A stretch of 64,000 nt of DNA from Camelus dromedarius (taxonomy: Eukaryota). The stretch lies in assembly GCF_036321535.1 (NCBI RefSeq), contig NC_087437.1, positions 30,444,001 through 30,508,000 on the forward strand, written 5' to 3'. Both the position numbers and the translations under genes were made by a program. A model generated the notes under the pieces. That model was not told where the DNA came from. It did no database searches and saw nothing but the letters and a program-made list of their open reading frames with translations. This document shows positions 13,681-24,469 of the stretch, piece by piece. Each line of letters starts with the position of its first letter. Positions within the stretch are counted from its first letter, which is position 1.

Positions 13681-13987
13681 CAGTACCTCAAATCCAGCAC
13701 AACAATGGAGGAAAATCGACTTCTAACTCATCTTTCAAAACAAGCATGAACAAATTAAGCTCTTCTGTTCCTTTGAAAATTATGCAATTTATGGACCATG
13801 TCTACACATTATATGAATATCTAATGCATTTTTTGCAGCCACACTAACAATACACGTTTAAATGCTCCTTTAGCAGAGCTACCACGTTCTTCAGAATAAC
13901 TGAGAAATAGCAAATATTAGGAAATACAAATAAACCAGGGAGTCCAGAGCCTTTTTGGCCAAGAGAGTCAGATGCCTTAAATCTTAC

Positions 13988-14000
13988 CTTTTTCAGCCAT
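13988..14000 (-). CDS. STRIT1: STRIT1/DWORF coding exon 1 (M-A-E-K plus first base of codon 5)
   Basis: Minus strand reads AAAGA-ATG GCT GAA AAA G|GTAAGA: strong Kozak context (A at -3, G at +4), then a consensus phase-1 donor (GT at 13987-13986). No ATG lies between the TATA-like box and this start. Matches the known DWORF structure, with the first four residues in exon 1. Confidence 0.96.
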
Positions 14001-14125
14001 TCTTTGTGTTGTTGGGTGGGCTGGTCAGGGCCACGCTTACCTCTGTTATTGTTATCCAGTGTCTCTTTGAACTTTAAATAGATATCTGAAGAGTGGCAGC
14101 TGCCATCTCCTGGCTGCCAATTGTC
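14001..14125 (-). promoter_or_regulatory. STRIT1 5' UTR and core promoter
   Basis: TATTTAAA (minus, 14080-14073) sits within CTTTAAATAG, a one-mismatch MEF2 site. E-boxes CAGCTG (14097-14102, inside palindrome GGCAGCTGCC) and CAATTG (14118-14123). GATA-like sites at 14052-14056 and 14080-14085. TSS inferred near 14045-14050. Confidence 0.65.
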
Positions 14126-14374
14126 TGGGTGATGTAAGGTACTGGAAAGCAGAACTCCTCTGTCTCTTTCTCTATCCTGTTGTTATGGAGGAAACAAGGG
14201 GATACATGACCTAAAAAAATAAGTAAGTTGAATTACCCTAACCCAGAGATATGCAGATTTTTTTTTAATTCACCCAGTGCCTTGGACAGCATGAAGAAAA
14301 TATTTGGTGAAGGGGGTGTACAGAGGAAGAATGGCATTGCAATTAAACAAGTCCTATTAAAGAGGGAGGGTGAT

Positions 14375-14560
14375 ATACTGCAAAGAAAGGACTTTGGAGT
14401 TGGAGAGACCTGGCTTCAAATTCCGACTCTGCTTTTTCTGTAATAAAGGCCAAGTTGCTTAACCTGAGCATTAGCTCCTGTAATATTAAAATGAGGATAC
14501 TAATACCTACTCGCGGAAGAAGCGTCATAAAGATGAAATGGAAAAGCTATACGAAATATA
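14375..14560 (+). mobile_element. MIR upstream of STRIT1
   Basis: ggactttggagttggagagacctggcttcaaattccgactctgc...caagttgcttaacct...aaaatgaggatactaatacctac. Confidence 0.7.
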
Positions 14561-14710
14561 GACAGTTCTTTATTACATTGCAGAACGCAAAAGATAAATG
14601 GTGCCCCTTCCTACAAACCATTCTAAAAACAAAACTGTAATAGAAATATCCTAATATTGCCTAGAATTTTCAGAGAGCAGTCATAAGCTTGTTGTTTTAT
14701 TAGCAATGTA

Positions 14711-14736
14711 TTAAAAATAGGACATTCCATTTGTCA
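14711..14736. promoter_or_regulatory. MEF2 + TEAD (MCAT) + E-box/MEIS motif cluster upstream of STRIT1
   Basis: TTAAAAATAG (fits YTA(W)4TAR, 14711-14720), followed by CATTCC (14723-14728), CATTTG and TGTCA, all within 26 bp. Confidence 0.5.
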
Positions 14737-15783
14737 AAGTCCAGCCCGGTTTATGTAACATGACCTAGATCATGCTCTAGATTCTCTTTGGAATAACTAA
14801 TGTTTGGGTCTGGATGGAGAAGTTTTGCAAAATTACCTTGCAACCAACTTTCCAAAAAATCCAACACAAGATTAAGCGTGTCCTCCTCTATAAGACAAGA
14901 CTTGCCTGATCAGATCCACCTCCAGAGTTCCAAGTGATGTTTCCCTGCAAATGACCATGTCTCGTCACTCACCAAAATCCACCAATGGTTCTCCAACTCC
15001 TTGTTAAGATGCCTAAAAAGCCTCCTCTCTCTACTTTCCCATTTGCAATGATGCTTCAACCATACCACACAACTTCTTATATGAATCCGGAATGCTACCA
15101 CCCACACAGGCAAGGATAGCATAGAATTCCTATCTCAAGTCATATACCTACAGATTGGATTATGCAGCCAAAACTCTGGTAAATGTATTGCATGCTTAAT
15201 GTCATTTAAGCCAAGCTGTCACCTCTCTCTCTTTCTATAATTTAATATTGAAAAATATGCCTGGCTATACCAAATAAGAGAGATTATGTACTATGTAACA
15301 AAATCCCGGTAAAGTCAGGAGGTATTTTTCAATATTAAATAATGAAACTTTGTTCAATATATATTATTAAGGGCAAGACAAAGACACAAGAAAAATGTAG
15401 TGATTGATCTCACTTAAATGCTGAAATTTTTAACTAAATAGATTCAAATGAACACTATCTCAAGGCAAAAAAAAAAAAATTCAAAAGAAACAGGTACCCT
15501 TCAAAGGACAAAGATAAAGATAGAACGTATGAAAAAGTTTCTACATTTCCACTTTAGTTGTCTTAAGCTTGCTTTTTTGATATGAAATATTAACATTATT
15601 GTTATAAGTTTGGATTTGGGGGGAGGGATCACTTTGTAACTCATCATTTTTCTTAGTTTTTCCATAGAAAGAGAGGGGGGGAAAAAAAACTAATTCAATG
15701 AACATGAATTGCCCAGGTCTCAGAAAAGCGTTCAATCTAGAATCAGACTTCCTTGATATCCCTTCAGTTTAAAAAGTTTTGTA

Positions 15784-15997
15784 GGAAGGGATAGACTGGG
15801 ATTTCAAAACTGTAGAATAGATAAACAAGAATATACTGTATAGCACAGGGAAATGTATACAAGATCTTATGGTAGCTCAGAGAAAAAAATGTGACAATGA
15901 ATATATGTATATTCATGTATAACTGAAAAATTGTGCTCTACACTGGAATTTAAACACAACATTGTAAAATGATTATAAATCAATAAAAAATGTTAAA
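15784..15997 (+). mobile_element. Short young L1 3' tail with perfect 13-bp TSD
   Basis: AAAAAGTTTTGTA at 15771-15783 and 15998-16010, at a TT/AAAA endonuclease site; internal tactgtatagcacaggga and aataaa. Confidence 0.9.
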
Positions 15998-16489
15998 AAA
16001 AAGTTTTGTAATTTAGTCTGTGAAAAAAAGTTTTATTCAGGAATAGACTAGTTTTGCTTTGAACTCACAAACCCAAAGGCCTATATTTGACCATTTTCTA
16101 ATCTTCCTCTTAGGGCATACCATCTGGGTGTTTAGGTACATTTTCTGTTTCTACTTTGCATACTTTCTTCAAGATTTAGCTCTCAAATCCTTTATTATCA
16201 AGATGACATTAGATTCTTCTAGGGTTATTCAGCTAAAAATTCAAATACTTGGTTTCTTATTTAAGATAAGTCAGAATTCTTCACTCTTCATATTTTTATT
16301 CACTTTTTGGGGGTTATTTCTATGAGTCTTGATAAACACATGTAACCACCACCAAAATCAAGATCTAGAAAATTTCCATCACCCCTAAATATTTCCCCAT
16401 TCCTCTTTGTAGTCATTCCCTCCATTTTCAGCCCCATTTTTCACACATTTTTAACCATCAGTGTCTGAAATTATAGTAAATAGACCTGC

Positions 16490-19070
16490 ACATGCTAGAT
16501 TAAATAGAAAATTTCTTATAAAGACATCAACTATCAAAACTGACTCAAAAAGGAATAGAATATTTGAATCGACATATAAAAAGTAGAGATTGAAATCATA
16601 ATCCAAAAAAAAGTCCCACAAAAGAAAAGCCCTGAAACAGATGATTTCACTGGTGAATTCTAACAAACATGCAAGGTTAATACTAATCCTTCAGAAACTC
16701 TTTCCAAAAGCAGAAGAGGAAGGAAGTCTTCCCATCTCATTCTACGAGGCCAGTATTAGCCTAATACCAAAGCCAAAGATATTTTAAGAAAACTATAGAC
16801 CAATCTCTCTAATAAAATTCTCAATAACAAACAAACCAAATCCAGCAACATGTAAAAGAATCATACACCATGACTAAGTTGGATTTATCCCAGGAATGCA
16901 TAGTCAGGATGGCATTCAAATACTAATTAACATCATACACCCTATTACCAGAATAAGAAACAAAAACCACACGATCATCTCAGTAGATGCAGAAAAAAAA
17001 ATTCGACAAAATCCAACATCATTTCAAAGTAAAAACACTACATAGGAATAAAAGGGAACTTCAACTTCATGAAAGGAATCTACAAAAACCCCCCACTAAC
17101 AACACACTTAATGGTGAAAGATTAGATGCTTCCCGCTTTACATCACGAACAAGACAAGGATGTTTGCTCTCACACTTTGATTCAGTATTGTATGGGAGGT
17201 TGTAGCCAGGAGTAAAAAACATCTGAAAATCCTGAAGAATCCACACCAAAAAACCTGGGAGTTAATAATCAAATTCAGCAAGGTTACAAGATCAAGACAC
17301 AAAAATCAATTGTATTTCTAAACATTAGCAATGAACGGTTTGAAAATTATATAAGAAAAAAAGACATTTACCATAGCATCAAAAATAATAAAATACCTAG
17401 GAACAAATTTAACCAAAGATAAATAAGACTTCCAACTGAGACTAAGAAAATATTGCTGAGGATAACTAGAGATCTAAATAAATAGAAAGACATTACATGT
17501 TGACAGACTGAAACATTTAATATTGTTAAAGATGGCAGTACTACCCAAAGCAATCTATAGATCCAATGTACGCCTATCAAAATACCAATGCTCTTTTTTT
17601 TTCTTTTTGCAGAAATAGGAAACCTAACCTTAAAATTCATATGGAATTGCAAGGGTCCCTGGATAATCAAAACAATCTTGAAGAGGATAATAAAGTTGGA
17701 GAACTCACATTTAACTGATTTCAAAACTTACTACAAAGCTGTAGTAATTAAGAATGTGTGGTACAGGTATAAAGACATATAGATCAATGGAATAAAATTG
17801 AGAATCTAGAAATAAACTACTTACAGTCAATTGATTTTCAACAAGGCTGCCAAGACAAAATATTAGGGAAAGAACAATCTTTTCAACAAATGATGCTAGG
17901 ACAAATAGTTTTTCATGTGTAAAAGGATTAAGGCAAACCCCTTCTTCATACCATATACAAAAATTAACTAAAAATGCATCAAAGACCTAAATCTAAGAAC
18001 TAAAACTGTAAGATCAGGAGGAAACATAGGGGTGAATCAGGCAATGATTTCTTAGATATAACACCTGAAGTAGAAGTAATCAAAGAAAAAATAGGTAAAT
18101 TGGCCCTCATCAGTATTTAAAAGTTTTGTACATCAAAGAACACTATGAAGAAAATAAAAAGGCAATCTATGGAATGGGAAAAATATTTGTAAATAATATA
18201 TGTGACAATAGTTTAGTATCCAGAGTATATTTTTAAAAACTCTTAGAGTTCAACAATCAAGACAACCAATTTTAACATGGGCAAAGAATTTAAATAGACA
18301 TTTACCCAAAAAAGATATTCATGTGGCCAATAAATCATTAGTCATTAGGGAAACGCAAATCAAAACCATAATGAGCTACCACTTTGCTTCCACTAAGATG
18401 ACTATAATAAAAAAGACAAACCATAACCAGCGCTGACAAAAATGTAGAGAAACTAGAACCCTATGGAGCTGGTAGGAATGTGAAATGGTACAGCCACTTT
18501 GAAAAACAGCTTTGAATTTCCTCAAAATGTTAAATATAGAATTATCTTATGACCCAGAAATTACATTTTCACATGTATACCCAAGAGAATTAAAAACAAG
18601 TGTTTAAACAAAAATTAGACACAAATGTTTATAGCAGCATTATTTATAAAGCCAAAAAGTAGACATAATGCAGATGTTCATAAACTGATGAATAAATAAA
18701 CTAAATGTATTACATCCATACAATGTGTTCAGCCATAAAAAGGAATGAAGTTCTGCTCAAAAATGGTTGTACCTTGAAAATAGTATCTTAAGTAAAAGAA
18801 GCCATACTGTATGATTCCATTTTATGAAATGTCCACAACAAGCAAACCTATAGAGATAGACAGTAGATCAGTGGTTGCTTGAGGGTGGTGGGAGCTGAGG
18901 GTGGGGAGTGACTGCTAAGGGGTATGGAGTTTCTTTCAGGAGTGATGAAAATATTCTGGAATTAGATAGTGGTGATAGCTGCACATCCTTCTGAATATAT
19001 TAAAACCACTGAGTTGTACACTTAAAAAAGAGTGAATTTTATGGTAAGTGAATTATATCTCAAATTTTTA
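16490..19070 (+). mobile_element. Old L1M (L1MB-like) ORF2 + 3' UTR, degenerate
   Basis: ORF fragments KFDKIQHHF, TRQGCLLS and LKFIWNCKGPWIIKTILK resemble L1 ORF2p; 3' end gtgaattatatctcaa. Confidence 0.9.
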
Positions 19071-19204
19071 AAGTTCAAATTGGTTCCTGAAACAAAGTTT
19101 TAGAAAAGAACCCCCAGCCCCTCAAGGTGAAAAGGGGAAGGGAGGCAGAAAAGGACTGGGAGAAATGCCAGGCAAAATAGTAACAAAGTTGAAAATTGTG
19201 TTTT

Positions 19205-19700
19205 TAAAACAAGTGTTTGCTGAGCACCTACTACATGCTAGACACCATCCTAGGCACTTGGGATACATCAATAAACAAAGATCCCCGCCCTCCCAGAATT
19301 ACATTAAAAAAAGTGATTAAGCGCTATGTAAAAAGAAGCAGGGCTGACTAATAATTCGGTTGATCCTAAGGCTGGCTTTTCCTTGAAGATTGAAAGAAAA
19401 GAAGTGAAGGATTGAAGAACAGTAAGGAGTTAGTATGGCTCCAGCGGGGTGAGCAAGGGGCCCAGCTATAAGAGAAGAGATCAGAGAGGTGAGGACAGAG
19501 GGCTTTATCAGCCATTGTTAGAATTTTGGGGTTTTCTCTAAATGAAACAAGAAGCCAAAGGAAAGTTTTAAAGAGATAACTAACATAATCTAATGACACA
19601 TTTTTAAAGTTACCATTCTGGCTGCTGTGATTGGGAGCAAAGACAGAAGCAGGGAGACTTGTTATCCAGACAAGAGACAAGAGATGATGGAGACTCAGAC
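19205..19700 (-). mobile_element. L2 LINE fragment
   Basis: tttgctgagcacctactacatgctagacaccatcctaggcacttgggatacatca is the L2 3' end in antisense. Confidence 0.7.
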
Positions 19701-20304
19701 CAGGGTGGGGCTTGATTCGTCACCAAGAAGGGGGGATTATTGATGAGACCAAAGTAGGGTGGTGCATTTATGATGGATCTGACTAACGTGGTTTTGATGG
19801 GTTGTGTGAGACTTTCCCCTATTATCAGCTTGTGTTGAATGTGTTGCTATGTGAAGAACTGTATGTGTTCAAAGTCCAAGAAAAGTGTTCAGCAAATTGC
19901 AGTAGAATGAATTGGGCAAGGTTTTTCCAACCTGAGATGTCCAAAATGTGAAAGGTATCGAGACTAACGAGTAAGAAGCAACAAAGGGTTACAAACTTCC
20001 TGATCTTCCCTGGGAATCCTCCTTGTGAGTTCCAGGAAGGAAAGGGTGGCTCAGAGCAGAAGGCAGCACTACAATAGTGGAGAAGCGAGAAACTGGGATT
20101 ACGTCAAGTAGAGGGACCATATCTATTGACCCTCAGGCCACAGCAATAAAAGGGGTTGCAGGAGTCCATTTTTCAATTTCTTCTCATTCCTTGACGAACC
20201 TTCTGATATGGCTTCAGCCTACATTTCTCCACTCAAACAACTTATTTCTAAGATCACTCAGATCTAAGATCACGTGACTGCTGTGTTACTAAAATCAATG
20301 GAAA

Positions 20305-20387
20305 AATTGTGCTGAACACTGGAATTTGACACAACATTGTAAAGTGATTATAAATCAATAAAAAATGTTTAAAAAATAAAAAATAAA
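20305..20387 (+). mobile_element. ~80-bp L1 tail with 15-bp TSD
   Basis: TAAAATCAATGGAAA at 20290-20304 and 20388-20402; same tail sequence as the 15.8 and 58.3 kb copies. Confidence 0.85.
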
Positions 20388-21678
20388 TAAAATCAATGGA
20401 AATTCTTCAGTCCTGATCTTACTTACTGATGAGCTCTTGGGGTCACTTGATGCCACTGGTTACTTTATCTTTCTTGAAATCCTCTATTCTCTTCGCTTCT
20501 GTGGCATCAGACTCTTCTGGCTTTTCCCCTTTTTGACCATTTATTCTTAGTCTTGGAGGTTTACCCCCATCCAACTAAACACTAAATAATGGTTCCTTGA
20601 TAAAGATATCAGAACTGAGCTTTCTGACATAGAAAGATGTGTTAGAAAGAGCCGGTAAGTGAAATCACTGTCATGTGCAATTACAGAGCCCCGAGAGTTC
20701 CTTCTAGGGCCAGCTTCTCCAGAGTGGAACCTGTGCAGTCATCTCAGACTCCATGCTGAGAAGAACCTCATGCTCATTTTAATGCTCTCCTGCAAGGATC
20801 CTGAAATTCTTCGTAACTTCATCTTGGAACTTGTGTGTCCTCAGTATGGTTGGGACAATGGAGCATGTGCATGAGCAGAGGTGATGCTGAGGAGGCAGTG
20901 CGCATGAGCTGCAGTGGTCCTGTAGCAGCCCGTGTGTGTGAAGCTCAGGCTCAGGGCACCGCAAACTGCAGCCACAGAGCAGTCAGCCTCAGGTGTATGT
21001 CTCAGCCTGGGACAGCCCAGAGCTGCGGAGAGCAGAACCGCACCGGGACCTGGGAGCAGAATGGCAGTAGGGATGGGAGCAGGCATGCCTGAATGCAGTT
21101 CCTGGTAGATAAGCAGTGAATTTTGGCAGTAGATTGTGTAATCTCTCGTTTTAAAAATTGTAAGACAAAATATCCACAGATTCCAAAATAGAAATTAAAT
21201 TTAAAGATTGTTACATTTGATGTAAAATAACACTATTTTCATATGAAGCTTTGGATGAACTAAATATGGAGAAGTAGACAATTTTTAAATTACCTTTTCC
21301 TTATAATTGAAGAATGCATAACAGATGTTTTGAAATACATACAAATCATAAAGCTACTTTTGGTTTCTTGCACAACTTAGACAAGTTATGGAAAATGTCA
21401 GAAGAAATATCAAACTACCATTGTGTAAGTTTATATTTAAGATTAAATTCAGATTTACACAAAACTGATTTGGATGGAGAGTTAAATCTTTTTCTAGAAA
21501 AATTGTTTCATACGAATCATCAGCTCTAGATGTTTTAAAATTTATATTTTGATGTAAATTTATCAGAAATTTATCCTTATTGTCACAGCCTATAAACTAC
21601 TCTGAACAGCTCTCCAGTAACAGTTATACCAGCAGAAAAATCTTCTTGAAATTGAAAATTATCAAAAATTATTTGCAG

Positions 21679-22934
21679 CTTAAAGACTTAAATATAAGAC
21701 AAGATACAACAAACGTCCTAGAAGAAAACATAGGCAATACATTCTCTGACATAAACCTTAGCGAAGTTCTCCTAGGGCAGTCTACCTAGATGACAGAAAT
21801 AAAAGCAAATAAACAAATAGGACCTAATTAAACTCATAAGCTTTTGCACAGCATAGGAAATCATAAAACAAAACAACAGCCTGTGGAATGGGAGAAAATA
21901 TTGGCAAAGGATGCTACTGACAAAGGTTTAATTTCCAGAATATATAAACAGCTCATACAACTTAACAAAAAAACAAACAACACAATCCAAAAATGAGCAT
22001 AAGATCTAAACAAGCAATTCTCCAATGAAGACATACAAATGGCCAATAGGCCCATGAGAAAATGCTTAATACTGCTAATTATCAGAGAAACGCAAATCAA
22101 AACTACAATGAGGTATCACCTCACACCAGTCAGAATGGCCATTATTAAGAAGACCATGAATGATAAATGCTGGAGAGGGTGGGGGGGAAAGGGAACCCTC
22201 TTAAACTGTTGGTGGGAATGTAGTTTGGTGCAGCCATTATGGAAAACAGTATGGGGATTCCACAAAAAACTAATAGACATCATATGATCCAGCAATCCCA
22301 CTACTGGGTATATATATCCAGAGGAAATTCTAAGTTGAAAAGACACCTGCACCCCAATTTTCACAGCAGCACTATATACAATAGCCAAGACACAGAAGCA
22401 ACCTAAATGTCCATTGACAGATGACTGGATAAAGAAGTTGTGGTAGATTTAAACAATGGAATACTACTCAGCCATAAAAAATAATAAAATAATGCCATTT
22501 GTAGCAACATGGATGGACCTAGAGATTGTCATTCTAAGTGGAGTAAGCCAGAAAGAGAAAGAAAAATACCATATGATATCACTCATACGTAGAATCTAAA
22601 AAAAGAAAGAAAGAGGACACTAATGAACTCATCTACAAAACAGAAACAGACTTGCAGACATAGTAAACAATCTTAAGGTTACCGGGGGAAAGAGGGTGGG
22701 AAGGGATAAATTTGGGAGTTTGGAATTCGCAAATGTTAGCCACTATATATAAAAATAGATTAAAAAAGACAAATTTCTTCTGTATAGCACATGGGATTAT
22801 ATTCAATATCACATAATGGAAAAGAATATGAAAACGAATATATGTATACATATCCATGACTTGGACATTGTGCTGTACACCAGGAATTCACACATTGTAA
22901 CTGACTATACCTCAATAAAAAGTCAAAATGAAAA
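21679..22934 (+). mobile_element. 5'-truncated cetartiodactyl L1 with perfect 15-bp TSD
   Basis: AAAAATTATTTGCAG at 21664-21678 and 22935-22949; ORF2 C-terminus [13 protein letters not shown]...HCWWEC-like; 3' UTR and poly-A. Confidence 0.93.
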
Positions 22935-23299
22935 AAAAATTATTTGCAGTCAGTCTTGCATTTGCCAAAAGTGACTATCATTGCTTTCAATTATATGGAA
23001 AATGAAATTGCATAAAATACAAATTCTGATGATCTAATATATAATTTACAGAAAAGTGAGCCACAAAAAAACTCATGGTCAATAAAGATATTAAATTATT
23101 AAAGTATTATTATACATTGTGTATTACATAAAATTATGACACCCAAAATATTACTTTTTTTTTTGCTGTTTTTAAGTTTATGTTATTACTCAAGAATCAC
23201 AACTACACCTCTAAATTTTATAGCATCAAATATTTTTAAAGGAAAATACTTTATAGCATATTTAATGTCACTTTCTTTTACTTAATTTTTAAGTTAATT

Positions 23300-23385
23300 A
23301 TTTTTTTAATGGAGGTACTGGGGATTGAACCCAGGACCTCGTGCACACCAAGCATGAGTTCTACCACTGAGCTATATCCACCCCA
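23300..23385 (-). mobile_element. tRNA-derived SINE (camelid type)
   Basis: ttttttaatggaggtactggggattgaacccaggacctc...ctaccactgagctatatccaccccc. Confidence 0.88.
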
Positions 23386-24036
23386 AGTCTGTTAATTTTT
23401 GAATGGCATTTTTGAATTTTCATCTTGTATTGGGCCCTGCAGATTCTGTAGTCAGTCCTGATTCTTTCCAATAAGGAAAGGAGAAGAGAGGGCAGGAAGA
23501 AGGCGGGGGCTTCCATGTCTGTTTCTTCCTCAATTCCCTTAACCATAATATTTCTCTTTTATTTGCATCATATATTAAGGTTGTGGTGCTTAAAAAAGTT
23601 TAGAAACCTCTCATCTAGTGCAACCACACATATAGAAAAAAGTAAACTATAGAAAGGTGAGGTGACTTTTCTAACTTTAGAGTCAGCCTCCTGACTCCCA
23701 GCCTCTAGCCTTCATGCTGTTTTCCTGGTATTCATGACCTCATCCTGGTGACATGACATGAGATACCCCTTTCTGGAACCCAGTTTGGAGACACCTATTA
23801 TTACTCCACTGTAAAATGTAAAAGAAGTTGAGAAAGGAGGTTGGCAGAGGGATGCCCAAATGTGAGCATCTATTTATCGATTTCTTACTCCAAGAGATAT
23901 TCCCTAACCTTCAAGCCATTGATACCAAGATCCCTGCCTTGCAAACAGTTTATAGAATATGCTTCCAGCCTAAAAGTTTCTATTTCTCGAATGTTTTAAT
24001 ACAGATACAGACAAAGGTAAAAAATAAAGCACAGTC

Positions 24037-24340
24037 ATTTTTATCAAAGTATAGTTGACTTACAGTAAGAAGTTAGTTTCAGGTATCCTACATAGTGGTT
24101 TGATATTTTTATAGATTATACTCCATATAAAGTTATTATAACACATTAGTTATATTCCCTGTGCTGTACATTACTTCCCTGTAACTGAGGGGTTAATATC
24201 CAAAATATATAAAGAACTCATACAACTCAGTATCAATGAAACAAACAACCCAATTAAAAATGGGCAGAGGAACTGATCATGCATTTTTCCAGAGAAGACA
24301 TGCAGATGGCCAACGGGCACATGAAAAGATGCTCAATGTC
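24037..24340. mobile_element. L1 insertion with internal inversion
   Basis: Antisense 3' UTR (about 24037-24186) joined directly to a sense ORF2-end segment (about 24187-24340). Confidence 0.7.
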
Positions 24341-24341
24341 A

Positions 24342-24469
24342 TTTTTTAAAATTATTTATTTGGGGGGGTAATTAGGTGTGTTTGTTTTAATAGAGGTACT
24401 GGGGATTGAACCCAGGACCTCGTTCTTGCTAAGCATGCACTCTACCACTGAGCTACACCCCCCACCCCC
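24342..24469 (-). mobile_element. tRNA-derived SINE (camelid type, long-tail form)
   Basis: gggggtaattagg...gaggtactggggattgaacccagg...ctaccactgagcta; flanked by atgtcatt on both sides. Confidence 0.88.

Larger units (their letters stand above)
20705..23460 (+). mobile_element. hAT-Tip100 (Zaphod/MER91-ended) DNA transposon fossil with transposase remnant
   Basis: Ends tagggccagct... and ...gtagtcagtcctg. Flanks gttccttc and attctttc match at 6 of 8 bases, like a decayed hAT TSD. hAT dimerisation-domain remnant LKLKIIKNYL at about 21645-21675. Confidence 0.7.

Noticed and set aside
13988..14176. Open frame DRERDRGVLL...KEWLKK ending at the exon 1 donor
   Set aside because: It is in a different frame from DWORF, has no start codon and runs through the promoter motifs.
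16987..17782. ORFs resembling reverse transcriptase (similar L1 ORF2 pieces at 22039-22287 and 46256-46480)
   Set aside because: Broken fragments of truncated L1 ORF2; not functional genes.
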